NCBI RefSeq assembly: GCF_009914755.1
Contig: NC_060930.1
DNA length: 64,000 nucleotides
Reading direction: 5' to 3' (one strand)
Source of the DNA: the human T2T-CHM13v2.0 reference genome, Homo sapiens
Part shown: positions 13,163 through 27,200 of the stretch, in pieces
Numbering within the stretch: position 1 is the first letter of the stretch
Layout of the letters: each line of letters opens with the position of its first letter
Notes under the pieces: model-generated
The model's database searches: none
What the model saw: only the letters and a program-made list of their open reading frames with translations
What the model was told of the DNA's origin: nothing
Position numbers and translations under genes: made by a program

Positions 13163-16100
13163 CTCATTCTGTAGGTTCTCTAGAATTGTGTGTTGGGTAA
13201 TGTTTTCCTCTGAAACGTCTAATTTGATCAGCCGGCCATACAGTAATTTTTTTCAATTAAGACATACTTTTTTTATACTACCTCTTTAATTTAATTTGGC
13301 TATTCTGTACTGTTAATTTCTCTTGATATGATATCTGCTTTCTTGCATGTTGTTTTTTTAAATATTTGAAATCAGTTATCATACTGATATGTCAAATTTT
13401 CACGCAATTCTAATCATTTCTCTCATTCCTGAGCCTGTTTGTATTACCCGATTTATTTCCTGGTCATGGGTCACACGAAACGCTTTTCTACATGTAGTCA
13501 GATTTTAAATTTAGGACTCACTCTGCGGATACCGCATAGCTGAGGCAATCGACTTTGTTGTTTACTTCTAAAGAGAGTTGAGATTTCCTCTCACAGGCAC
13601 TTCATTGATTGGAAACCGATTTGATGCTTGGACACTTGCTTTCCAGCTGTGCAAGGGGTTGTCTGCAGCTGACTTTATTCTAGTAATATACTAAGTGTAC
13701 CTTTAAATTACGGCTGTTCTGGGGTCTCCACTGAATTGGCAATGTGCTCCGTGAGGACTCTCTGGTCTAGCTGGGAAGAACTCCAGTATCCCAGAGTGCT
13801 ATGTGATCTCTCTCTTCTTTATTGAGCTTCCTGTGCTCTTGTACTTGCTGTTTCTCAGTAAATGTTCTTTGCCACACTTTCTCGTGGAACCATTTCCTGT
13901 GCACAGGCAGCGTCATGTCAGGCCAACGACTGGAGGAGACTTCTATGCGTATTTGTAGAGCTCTTTTCCTCCACAAACCAGTTCTTATTTCTAGCAGACC
14001 TAGAAAAATTTCAGCTACCACAGTCATCCCAAACTCCAATCCCTCTCCTCCATTCAGCAAGATGGCTACAGTCTGCTTGGGCTCCATCTCCTTGCTATTC
14101 AGTGCAGGAAGAGTATCCAGGAAGAAAGCCAAGGCATCTGCGGAGTGGAGCCCATCATTGCCCCTCTCTCAATTCTCTAGGTCCTCTACCATCTGTTGTC
14201 CCACATGTAGAAACCATTTTTCCATGTCTCTGGTAGTCGCTTGTGGCCAAAATATTGGCCATTGGGTGGTCAGACCCGGGCTTCTCTCCATCCACCCATC
14301 CCTTTTACTTTTCAGCATCCCTCTCTGTGCTGGCTCTCATCTGCCTTCCTTCCTTGGATCTTCTCTTGCTGGGAACCTGTATCCCTTCAGGCCACTGGTA
14401 CTTAGGAACGAGTGTTTTTCTGACAATCGGAATATACGTAGATATAGAAACAGATCAATTCACCTGTCCATAAATAAGCACCTATTCTTTCCTCTTGAAC
14501 CCAGAGAGAAAAGGCAAACGCAACCTTCCCTTCAGGAAGTGGAAGCCAGAATAACGGAATTCCAACTGGAAAGTCTCCATTGACGTTTAGTTGGTGTTGT
14601 GGAAGGGTAATCTAAGTGTCTGGTCCTTTGTCATTCTGACTTTCTTCATAATGTGATCTCCTCACCTCCAGATTTCCCTTCTGCTCAATAGAACTAGGAG
14701 GAAGGAGAGGGAGCTTAACATTTCCCTTCTCTCAGACCCTTAGCTCCAAGGCAATCATCCTGAGACATTTTGCTACGCCATCTGCATCTGTCACAAGTTG
14801 AGTTCGGAGAACTCAGCTTGAGACACATCTCTTGTAACAGAAACTTCACTTGGCCCTTTCTTCTCTTATGGTAAAGAACAAAGACATACGCATTTGGGTA
14901 GTATTCTGGGGTCCGACTATGCGAGTGTGGTGTCATAGATGACCAAGCTTGGCAGGTTCTTCCTGTGACAGTGGTGGAGTATGTGCCTCGATAACTCTGT
15001 CCATTACCATGGTAGCACTCCTGCACCCCAGGCCTTTGCTCAGTCGGTGCTGAAATGAAAACACGGGAAATCAAGCTGAGTATCTCTGAGCATAGAGAAA
15101 CATGTGAAGCCATTTGTGACACAACCAGAAAGGAGTCTATGAGAATTACGACCGTTCTCTTTTCCTTATCCATAGGCAGATGGATGTGAGAAAACCGACC
15201 AACAAACAAACACCAAAGCAACAGATTCCTCCCATTCTAGAACTGTAGTAAGTTCTTGGAAATATTTCACCTGACACCTTAGAGAAACACAACAGATCAG
15301 ATTCCTCATTGGAAAGTGAGCTCACGAGGTAGCACCTTTCTAGGAAACTCTACTGAATCTTCATGCAAACGGCACCGCATTTGGCAATGCGGGCTGCAGG
15401 TGGTAATTGGCTGTCGGGGGCAGAGTTTGGGACAGACACGGAAATTTTGCATGTTTCCCTAGACCGTTGATCATGAAAGCCAAGGCCTTTGGCTTCCGGG
15501 CCATGGGGCAGAAAACGGTCCTATGTATCTGACTGAAGACAAAGACACTTTGCTTCTCAGGGATGTGTGCACGCCAAAAGCTTCTTCCCTTGGAGGAGAG
15601 AGGGAATCCTCTCATGCCCTGCATCCTGAATTGTAGTAAAGTAGGAGTCTACTACTCTTTCTCTCTAGACCCCTCACAGGTACAAGTGTCATCAGAAAGA
15701 GGTTTAAGAATACTGAGAAATCACTCCCTTCAAAGCCTAGGGCTGAAGAGCCTTAGAGCACTGGGAGCTCATGTACTGCTCCATAGACCCAGGGCCACAT
15801 GGAATCAATGCAGCCCTCTTAGGTTTCTCGAGGGTGACAGGCTCCAGAGCCACATTTCTCAGAATCTGCAATGCTGAAGATTGCTCTGAATGCTGGCTAC
15901 TTGAAGAAATCCCCGGAAAAGCTTACTGGCTTGGAAAGAGTGACACACCTGACAGCATGTTACAATAAAAATTTTGGCTGGGACACTGAGGTAGCCCGTT
16001 TTACAACAAGGTGAATTTTGAAGTCGATCCCCCTGGAGGGTTTGTGCCCATCCTAAAGACAAAGCCCAACCACGTTGCACCAGAAATCACTCCGCTGGCT

Positions 16101-18673
16101 CCCCCAGAGAGTGCACGGAGGCTTCCTCCTACATGGTAGAACTCAGGCAACACTCGAGCATCCGTTTACCATTGAAGGCGGCTGCATCAGTGGGAATTTC
16201 CATGGCTTTTCATCCCAGCATCGAAGCGTGTAGATGTCTGGCCACAGACTCCTTACCTTGTTCGGAAGGAGCCTCTAGGCTTGGAACCGGGGTAACAGTC
16301 GGAGGCGCGACGGCAGTCCCTTCTGCGTCTGAGCATTGCGTCAGGTTGCAGTACTCCCACCTGACACCGGGATCCCTCGTATAACAATAAGGAGCTGCCA
16401 CAGCATCTGGATTCCTGCAGTAGTTCATGATCAAGCCACTGGAAATTCCAAAACGATACACGTCACAAGAGGTGGGACAACATGCAGGGGCACCCCACAC
16501 TCTCTCCTTTGTGCTGCAACAAGGTCATTACCGGTGCCTTTCTAATATTCCCATTAAAAGTACCATATGATTGCCACCAGCAAAAATGGCTCTCGATCAC
16601 TAATCCTCTCTGCACATCTCTCATACTTAATAGATTATTACTATTTTTTTTAAATAAAAAATCTAAAGTAGCAAACGCTTCTTAGAAACACTGAGATAAC
16701 ACACACACGTGGCCGAAAAACGATCAGAGTATTCTCCTTCTGCCTTCTGCCCAATCCATCTCTCTGGAATAACTGGTATGGGTTTTGACGTCTGTATTGT
16801 GGGATTGTGTATTCACATGCAAATGCATCTGTATCTGTCTAGTCTCCGTATCTCTCTCGGTAGGACTTCATATTCTAATGTGGGAGTTGCAACGAACATG
16901 TAGTTCTTCAGAAAACGCACGTCATCCAGGAGGATAGCCGTTCCAGGTCAACCCTCACACTCTATGTACTCAATACGTAGTGAAAAGGCTCTACCTTTCC
17001 CACAGAAAAGCATTGTGCAAATAGTATTACTGTCTGTCAGGTTTAGTAGGTTTGTTTCTCCAAGACTTCTCAAAGCTGCCCTGGAAAACTTGCTCCCAGG
17101 CAGGATGCAGTATCTCTAGAAGGGGTTCCTAGGCAGGTCCTTCTCTCCTGCTCTCAGTCTACCCTCTGCTGGCCGCAGCTACTCCGGGACTGAGGGAAAG
17201 GGGGATGAGTTGAAAGAACAGTGGGACCCATGGCATAAAGGAAGACGGCAGGGTGGACTAAGAGATCTGAAGAGGTCGGACAGCTACGGAGCAGCAGAGA
17301 AAAATGCATTAGGGGGCAAAGCAGGCGAGTAGTTTGGGCTGCGGGGATCTTGAAGCATTCGCTCTTCCTTATGCCTCCCAAGAACGTTGCTCCAACCTCC
17401 CAGTATCCTCACATTCATGACCTCTGGCTGCCTGAGAAAATGGGAAATGTATTATGGGCCATGGGGTTCCAACACTGTCTCTCTAGAGACTCTAGACTTG
17501 TGGCCTAGTCTCAACCCCAGACCCTCCATTCCAGGAAGCTGGTTCAATGAGCAACTGGATGTATAAGAGCCTGAGCTCTTGAAAGACTTCTAGTTCTTCC
17601 TTGGCTTCCCTCTTTTGAATGCATGGACTATTCTTATTATACCAAAAACCTCAGAGTTCAAACCTTTGTGATTGCTCTAGGATTTGCAATATCCCTTCGA
17701 ACCCGCACAGTACCCTTTTATTAATATGACACACCATCGTGCATGAGGTAAAGAAACTTACAACGGTACACTTCGAATTAATCCCTTCGTGATTTATGCT
17801 ACCATTTCAAATTCTTACCTCTACATATGCTGAAGTTAAATATCTTGCTATCATTTTGTTTCAAGTAGTCAACTCTCATTTACAAAGATATAGAAATTTG
17901 ATCAAGAAAATATTTTGCATTTACATCTATCTACATTTGCCAATTGCTGGATTCTTCATTACGTGGGCTGCAGAAAGTTCCTTTCTTGTTCAATTCTTCT
18001 TCTACCTAATTCCTTCGGGTCACCTCTCTTGTTACATAAGCCTGCTGATTTCCAATTCTTACAGTTTCCGGTTTCTTTCTTTGGGGCAGTGCACAATATG
18101 CATTTATCCGACATGGATGACCTTCAAGGCATTTTATTGCTGGATTCAGCATTCCCGGTTGATCTCTTTTTGTTCCTGATTATCATTTTAACAATATTCC
18201 CTGGTATCTGGCTTCCAGTGTTTCTGAGGTGAACACATTGGCAATTTGTATCAGTGTACTTGTAGGAAGACACAGCTCTTTTTCCTCCAGTTTCTCGTGA
18301 CAGGTTTCTTCTTATTACATCTTTGCCTTGTTACCTTCGAACTGTGATGTACAAAAGTACATCATACAGGTTGGGTTTTTTTTCCGAAATTCCCTATATG
18401 ATCCCTTGAGTTTCACGATTCTGTGATTTTTTTTAATGTTCTTCGTAATTGAAAAGTTATCAGCCATCCTTGATTCTGGTATTTGTTTCTATTATAAACT
18501 CCCTTGCTCTTTACTGTGACTTGCTTCCCACATGCAGGAAATCTTTTCATATTTTCCTACATGTCTGTGAGGCTCGCTTAATTTTATATTTCACTGTTTC
18601 TTCAGGGGTGCGCGTGTCTGTGTGTGTTAGAACTTGTGAGTTTCTGCGTGTGTGTGAGTATGGGTGTGTTTTC

Positions 18674-18714
<41 letters not shown>

Positions 18715-21700
18715 CTCATTCTGTAGGTTCTCTAGAATTGTGTGTTGGGTAATGTTTTCCTCTGAAACGTCTAATTTGATCAGCCGGCCATACAGTAATT
18801 TTTTTCAATTAAGACATACTTTTTTTATACTAGCTCTTTAATTTAATTTGGCTATTCTGTACTGTTAATTTCTCTTGATATGATATCTGCTTTCTTGCAT
18901 GTTGTTTTTTTAAATATTTGAAATCAGTTATCATACTGATATGTCAAATTTTCACGCAATTCTAATCATTTCTCTCATTCCTGAGCCTGTTTGTATTACC
19001 CGATTTATTTCCTGGTCATGGGTCACACGAAACGCTTTTCTACATGTAGTCAGATTTTAAATTTAGGACTCACTCTGCGGATACCGCATAGCTGAGGCAA
19101 TCGACTTTGTTGTTTACTTCTAAAGAGAGTTGAGATTTCCTCTCACAGGCACTTCATTGATTGGAAACCGATTTGATGCTTGGACACTTGCTTTCCAGCT
19201 GTGCAAGGGGTTGTCTGCAGCTGACTTTATTCTAGTAATATACTAAGTGTACCTTTAAATTACGGCTGTTCTGGGGTCTCCACTGAATTGGCAATGTGCT
19301 CCGTGAGGACTCTCTGGTCTAGCTGGGAAGAACTCCAGTATCCCAGAGTGCTATGTGATCTCTCTCTTCTTTATTGAGCTTCCTGTGCTCTTGTACTTGC
19401 TGTTTCTCAGTAAATGTTCTTTGCCACACTTTCTCGTGGAACCATTTCCTGTGCACAGGCAGCGTCATGTCAGGCCAACGACTGGAGGAGACTTCTATGC
19501 GTATTTGTAGAGCTCTTTTCCTCCACACAAACCAGTTCTTATTTCTAGCAGACCTAGAAAAATTTCAGCTACCACAGTCATCCCAAACTCCAATCCCTCT
19601 CCTCCATTCAGCAAGATGGCTACAGTCTGCTTGGGCTCCATCTCCTTGCTATTCAGTGCAGGAAGGGTATCCAGGAAGAAAGCCAAGGCATCTGCGGAGT
19701 GGAGCCCATCATTGCCCCTCTCTCAATTCTCTAGGTCCTCTACCATCTGTTGTCCCACATGTAGAAACCATTTTTCCATGTCTCTGGTAGTCGCTTGTGG
19801 CCAAAATATTGGCCATTGGGTGGTCAGACCCGGGCTTCTCTCCATCCACCCATCCCTTTTACTTTTCAGCATCCCTCTCTGTGCTGACTCTCATCTGCCT
19901 TCCTTCCTTGGATCTTCTCTTGCTGGGAACCTGTATCCCTTCAGGCCACTGGTACTTAGGAACGAGTGTTTTTCTGACAATCGGAATATACGTAGATATA
20001 GAAACAGATCAATTCACCTGTCCATAAATAAGCACCTATTCTTTCCTCTTGAACCCAGAGAGAAAAGGCAAACGCAACCTTCCCTTCAGGAAGTGGAAGC
20101 CAGAATAACGGAATTCCAACTGGAAAGTCTCCATTGACGTTTAGTTGGTGTTGTGGAAGGGTAATCTAAGTGTCTGGTCCTTTGTCATTCTGACTTTCTT
20201 CATAATGTGATCTCCTCACCTCCAGATTTCCCTTCTGCTCAATAGAACTAGGAGGAAGGAGAGGGAGCTTAACATTTCCCTTCTCTCAGACCCTTAGCTC
20301 CAAGGCAATCATCCTGAGACATTTTGCTACGCCATCTGCATCTGTCACAAGTTGAGTTCGGAGAACTCAGCTTGAGACACATCTCTTGTAACAGAAACTT
20401 CACTTGGCCCTTTCTTCTCTTATGGTAAAGAACAAAGACATACGCATTTGGGTAGTATTCTGGGGTCCGACTATGCGAGTGTGGTGTCATAGATGACCAA
20501 GCTTGGCAGGTTCTTCCTGTGACAGTGGTGGAGTATGTGCCTCGATAACTCTGTCCATTACCATGGTAGCACTCCTGCACCCCAGGCCTTTGCTCAGTCG
20601 GTGCTGAAATGAAAACACGGGAAATCAAGCTGAGTATCTCTGAGCATAGAGAAACATGTGAAGCCATTTGTGACACAACCAGAAAGGAGTCTATGAGAAT
20701 TACGACCGTTCTCTTTTCCTTATCCATAGGCAGATGGATGTGAGAAAACCGACCAACAAACAAACACCAAAGCAACAGATTCCTCCCATTCTAGAACTGT
20801 AGTAAGTTCTTGGAAATATTTCACCTGACACCTTAGAGAAACACAACAGATCAGATTCCTCATTGGAAAGTGAGCTCACGAGGTAGCACCTTTCTAGGAA
20901 ACTCTACTGAATCTTCATGCAAACGGCACCGCATTTGGCAATGCGGGCTGCAGGTGGTAATTGGCTGTCGGGGGCAGAGTTTGGGACAGACATGGAAATT
21001 TTGCATGTTTCCCTAGACCGTTGATCATGAAAGCCAAGGCCTTTGGCTTCCGGGCCATGGGGCAGAAAACGGTCCTATGTATCTGACTGAAGACAAAGAC
21101 ACTTTGCTTCTCAGGGATGTGTGCACGCCAAAAGCTTCTTCCCTTGGAGGAGAGAGGGAATCCTCTCATTCCCTGCATCCTGAATTGTAGTAAAGTAGGA
21201 GTCTACTACTCTTTCTCTCTAGACCCCTCACAGGTACAAGTGTCATCAGAAAGAGGTTTAAGAATACTGAGAAATCACTCCCTTCAAAGCCTAGGGCTGA
21301 AGAGCCTTAGAGCACTGGGAGCTCATGTACTGCTCCATAGACCCAGGGCCACATGGAATCAATGCAGCCCTCTTAGGTTTCTCGAGGGTGACAGGCTCCA
21401 GAGCCACATTTCTCAGAATCTGCAATGCTGAAGATTGCTCTGAATGCTGGCTACTTGAAGAAATCCCCGGAAAAGCTTACTGGCTTGGAAAGAGTGACAC
21501 ACCTGACAGCATGTTACAATAAAAATTTTGGCTGGGACACTGAGGTAGCCCGTTTTACAACAAGGTGAATTTTGAAGTCGATCCCCCTGGAGGGTTTGTG
21601 CCCATCCTAAAGACAAAGCCCAACCACGTTGCACCAGAAATCACTCCGCTGGCTCCCCCAGAGAGTGCACGGAGGCTTCCTCCTACATGGTAGAACTCAG

Positions 21701-24228
21701 GCAACACTCGAGCATCCGTTTACCATTGAAGGCGGCTGCATCAGTGGGAATTTCCATGGCTTTTCATCCCAGCATCGAAGCGTGTAGATGTCTGGCCACA
21801 GACTCCTTACCTTGTTCGGAAGGAGCCTCTAGGCTTGGAACCGGGGTAACAGTCGGAGGCGCGACGGCAGTCCCTTCTGCGTCTGAGCATTGCGTCAGGT
21901 TGCAGTACTCCCACCTGACACCGGGATCCCTCGTATAACAATAAGGAGCTGCCACAGCATCTGGATTCCTGCAGTAGTTCATGATCAAGCCACTGGAAAT
22001 TCCAAAACGATACACGTCACAAGAGGTGGGACAACATGCAGGGGCACCCCACACTCTCTCCTTTGTGCTGCAACAAGGTCATTACCGGTGCCTTTCTAAT
22101 ATTCCCATTAAAAGTACCATATGATTACCACCAGCAAAAATGGCTCTCGATCACTAATCCTCTCTGCACATCTCTCATACTTAATAGATTATTACTATTT
22201 TTTTTAAATAAAAAATCTAAAGTAGCAAACGCTTCTTAGAAACACTGAGATAACACACACACGTGGCCGAAAAACGATCAGAGTATTCTCCTTCTGCCTT
22301 CTGCCCAATCCATCTCTCTGGAATAACTGGTATGGGTTTTGACGTCTGTATTGTGGGATTGTGTATTCACATGCAAATGCATCTGTATCTGTCTAGTCTC
22401 CGTATCTCTCTCGGTAGGACTTCATATTCTAATGTGGGAGTTGCAACGAACATGTAGTTCTTCAGAAAACGCACGTCATCCAGGAGGATAGCCGTTCCAG
22501 GTCAACCCTCACACTCTATGTACTCAATACGTAGTGAAAAGGCTCTACCTTTCCCACAGAAAAGCATTGTGCAAATAGTATTACTGTCTGTCAGGTTTAG
22601 TAGGTTTGTTTCTCCAAGACTTCTCAAAGCTGCCCTGGAAAACTTGCTCCCAGGCAGGATGCAGTATCTCTAGAAGGGGTTCCTAGGCAGGTCCTTCTCT
22701 CCTGCTCTCAGTCTACCCTCTGCTGGCCGCAGCTACTCCGGGACTGAGGGTAAGGGGGATGAGTTGAAAGAACAGTGGGACCCATGGCATAAAGGAAGAC
22801 GGCAGGGTGGACTAAGAGATCTGAAGAGGTCGGACAGCTACGGAGCAGCAGAGAAAAATGCATTAGGGGGCAAAGCAGGCGAGTAGTTTGGGCTGCGGGG
22901 ATCTTGAAGCATTCGCTCTTCCTTATGCCTCCCAAGAACGTTGCTCCAACCTCCCAGTATCCTCACATTCATGACCTCTGGCTGCCTGAGAAAATGGGAA
23001 ATGTATTATGGGCCATGGGGTTCCAACACTGTCTCTCTAGAGACTCTAGACTTGTGGCCTAGTCTCAACCCCAGACCCTCCATTCCAGGAAGCTGGTTCA
23101 ATGAGCAACTGGATGTATAAGAGCCTGAGCTCTTGAAAGACTTCTAGTTCTTCCTTGGCTTCCCTCTTTTGAATGCATGGACTATTCTTATTATACCAAA
23201 AACCTCAGAGTTCAAACCTTTGTGATTGCTCTAGGATTTGCAATATCCCTTCGAACCCGCACAGTACCCTTTTATTAATATGACACACCATCGTGCATGA
23301 GGTAAAGAAACTTACAACGGTACACTTCGAATTAATCCCTTCGTGATTTATGCTACCATTTCAAATTCTTACCTCTACATATGCTGAAGTTAAATATCTT
23401 GCTATCATTTTGTTTCAAGTAGTCAACTCTCATTTACAAAGATATAGAAATTTGATCAAGAAAATATTTTGCATTTACATCTATCTACATTTGCCAATTG
23501 CTGGATTCTTCATTACGTGGGCTGCAGAAAGTTCCTTTCTTGTTCAATTCTTCTTCTACCTAATTCCTTCGGGTCACCTCTCTTGTTACATAAGCCTGCT
23601 GATTTCCAATTCTTACAGTTTCCGGTTTCTTTCTTTGGGGCAGTGCACAATATGCATTTATCCGACATGGATGACCTTCAAGGCATTTTATTGCTGGATT
23701 CAGCATTCCCGGTTGATCTCTTTTTGTTCCTGATTATCATTTTAACAATATTCCCTGGTATCTGGCTTCCAGTGTTTCTGAGGTGAACACATTGGCAATT
23801 TGTATCAGTGTACTTGTAGGAAGACACAGCTCTTTTTCCTCCAGTTTCTCGTGACAGGTTTCTTCTTATTACATCTTTGCCTTGTTACCTTCGAACTGTG
23901 ATGTACAAAAGTACATCATACAGGTTGGGTTTTTTTTCCGAAATTCCCTATATGATCCCTTGAGTTTCACGATTCTGTGATTTTTTTTAATGTTCTTCGT
24001 AATTGAAAAGTTATCAGCCATCCTTGATTCTGGTATTTGTTTCTATTATAAACTCCCTTGCTCTTTACTGTGACTTGCTTCCCACATGCAGGAAATCTTT
24101 TCATATTTTCCTACATGTCTGTGAGGCTCGCTTAATTTTATATTTCACTGTTTCTTCAGGGGTGCGCGTGTCTGTGTGTGTTAGAACTTGTGAGTTTCTG
24201 CGTGTGTGTGAGTATGGGTGTGTTTTCA

Positions 24229-24274
<46 letters not shown>

Positions 24275-27200
24275 CTCATTCTGTAGGTTCTCTAGAATTG
24301 TGTGTTGGGTAATGTTTTCCTCTGAAACGTCTAATTTGATCAGCCGGCCATACAGTAATTTTTTTCAATTAAGACATACTTTTTTTATACTAGCTCTTTA
24401 ATTTAATTTGGCTATTCTGTACTGTTAATTTCTCTTGATATGATATCTGCTTTCTTGCATGTTGTTTTTTTAAATATTTGAAATCAGTTATCATACTGAT
24501 ATGTCAAATTTTCACGCAATTCTAATCATTTCTCTCATTCCTGAGCCTGTTTGTATTACCCGATTTATTTCCTGGTCATGGGTCACACGAAACGCTTTTC
24601 TACATGTAGTCAGATTTTAAATTTAGGACTCACTCTGCGGATACCGCATAGCTGAGGCAATCGACTTTGTTGTTTACTTCTAAAGAGAGTTGAGATTTCC
24701 TCTCACAGGCACTTCATTGATTGGAAACCGATTTGATGCTTGGACACTTGCTTTCCAGCTGTGCAAGGGGTTGTCTGCAGCTGACTTTATTCTAGTAATA
24801 TACTAAGTGTACCTTTAAATTACGGCTGTTCTGGGGTCTCCACTGAATTGGCAATGTGCTCCGTGAGGACTCTCTGGTCTAGCTGGGAAGAACTCCAGTA
24901 TCCCAGAGTGCTATGTGATCTCTCTCTTCTTTATTGAGCTTCCTGTGCTCTTGTACTTGCTGTTTCTCAGTAAATGTTCTTTGCCACACTTTCTCGTGGA
25001 ACCATTTCCTGTGCACAGGCAGCGTCATGTCAGGCCAACGACTGGAGGAGACTTCTATGCGTATTTGTAGAGCTCTTTTCCTCCACAAACCAGTTCTTAT
25101 TTCTAGCAGACCTAGAAAAATTTCAGCTACCACAGTCATCCCAAACTCCAATCCCTCTCCTCCATTCAGCAAGATGGCTACAGTCTGCTTGGGCTCCATC
25201 TCCTTGCTATTCAGTGCAGGAAGGGTATCCAGGAAGAAAGCCAAGGCATCTGCGGAGTGGAGCCCATCATTGCCCCTCTCTCAATTCTCTAGGTCCTCTA
25301 CCATCTGTTGTCCCACATGTAGAAACCATTTTTCCATGTCTCTGGTAGTCGCTTGTGGCCAAAATATTGGCCATTGGGTGGTCAGACCCGGGCTTCTCTC
25401 CATCCACCCATCCCTTTTACTTTTCAGCATCCCTCTCTGTGCTGACTCTCATCTGCCTTCCTTCCTTGGATCTTCTCTTGCTGGGAACCTGTATCCCTTC
25501 AGGCCACTGGTACTTAGGAACGAGTGTTTTTCTGACAATCGGAATATACGTAGATATAGAAACAGATCAATTCACCTGTCCATAAATAAGCACCTATTCT
25601 TTCCTCTTGAACCCAGAGAGAAAAGGCAAACGCAACCTTCCCTTCAGGAAGTGGAAGCCAGAATAACGGAATTCCAACTGGAAAGTCTCCATTGACGTTT
25701 AGTTGGTGTTGTGGAAGGGTAATCTAAGTGTCTGGTCCTTTGTCATTCTGACTTTCTTCATAATGTGATCTCCTCACCTCCAGATTTCCCTTCTGCTCAA
25801 TAGAACTAGGAGGAAGGAGAGGGAGCTTAACATTTCCCTTCTCTCAGACCCTTAGCTCCAAGGCAATCATCCTGAGACATTTTGCTACGCCATCTGCATC
25901 TGTCACAAGTTGAGTTCGGAGAACTCAGCTTGAGACACATCTCTTGTAACAGAAACTTCACTTGGCCCTTTCTTCTCTTATGGTAAAGAACAAAGACATA
26001 CGCATTTGGGTAGTATTCTGGGGTCCGACTATGCGAGTGTGGTGTCATAGATGACCAAGCTTGGCAGGTTCTTCCTGTGACAGTGGTGGAGTATGTGCCT
26101 CGATAACTCTGTCCATTACCATGGTAGCACTCCTGCACCCCAGGCCTTTGCTCAGTCGGTGCTGAAATGAAAACACGGGAAATCAAGCTGAGTATCTCTG
26201 AGCATAGAGAAACATGTGAAGCCATTTGTGACACAACCAGAAAGGAGTCTATGAGAATTACGACCGTTCTCTTTTCCTTATCCATAGGCAGATGGATGTG
26301 AGAAAACCGACCAACAAACAAACACCAAAGCAACAGATTCCTCCCATTCTAGAACTGTAGTAAGTTCTTGGAAATATTTCACCTGACACCTTAGAGAAAC
26401 ACAACAGATCAGATTCCTCATTGGAAAGTGAGCTCACGAGGTAGCACCTTTCTAGGAAACTCTACTGAATCTTCATGCAAACGGCACCGCATTTGGCAAT
26501 GCGGGCTGCAGGTGGTAATTGGCTGTCGGGGGCAGAGTTTGGGACAGACATGGAAATTTTGCATGTTTCCCTAGACCGTTGATCATGAAAGCCAAGGCCT
26601 TTGGCTTCCGGGCCATGGGGCAGAAAACGGTCCTATGTATCTGACTGAAGACAAAGACACTTTGCTTCTCAGGGATGTGTGCACGCCAAAAGCTTCTTCC
26701 CTTGGAGGAGAGAGGGAATCCTCTCATGCCCTGCATCCTGAATTGTAGTAAAGTAGGAGTCTACTACTCTTTCTCTCTAGACCCCTCACAGGTACAAGTG
26801 TCATCAGAAAGAGGTTTAAGAATACTGAGAAATCACTCCCTTCAAAGCCTAGGGCTGAAGAGCCTTAGAGCACTGGGAGCTCATGTACTGCTCCATAGAC
26901 CCAGGGCCACATGGAATCAATGCAGCCCTCTTAGGTTTCTCGAGGGTGACAGGCTCCAGAGCCACATTTCTCAGAATCTGCAATGCTGAAGATTGCTCTG
27001 AATGCTGGCTACTTGAAGAAATCCCCGGAAAAGCTTACTGGCTTGGAAAGAGTGACACACCTGACAGCATGTTACAATAAAAATTTTGGCTGGGACACTG
27101 AGGTAGCCCGTTTTACAACAAGGTGAATTTTGAAGTCGATCCCCCTGGAGGGTTTGTGCCCATCCTAAAGACAAAGCCCAACCACGTTGCACCAGAAATC

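Noticed and set aside
22745-22760. A>T variant creating a GGTAAG donor-like motif in U5, U7 and U8
   Set aside because: It is on the plus strand, antisense to LPA, and nothing in the sequence supports an antisense transcript.
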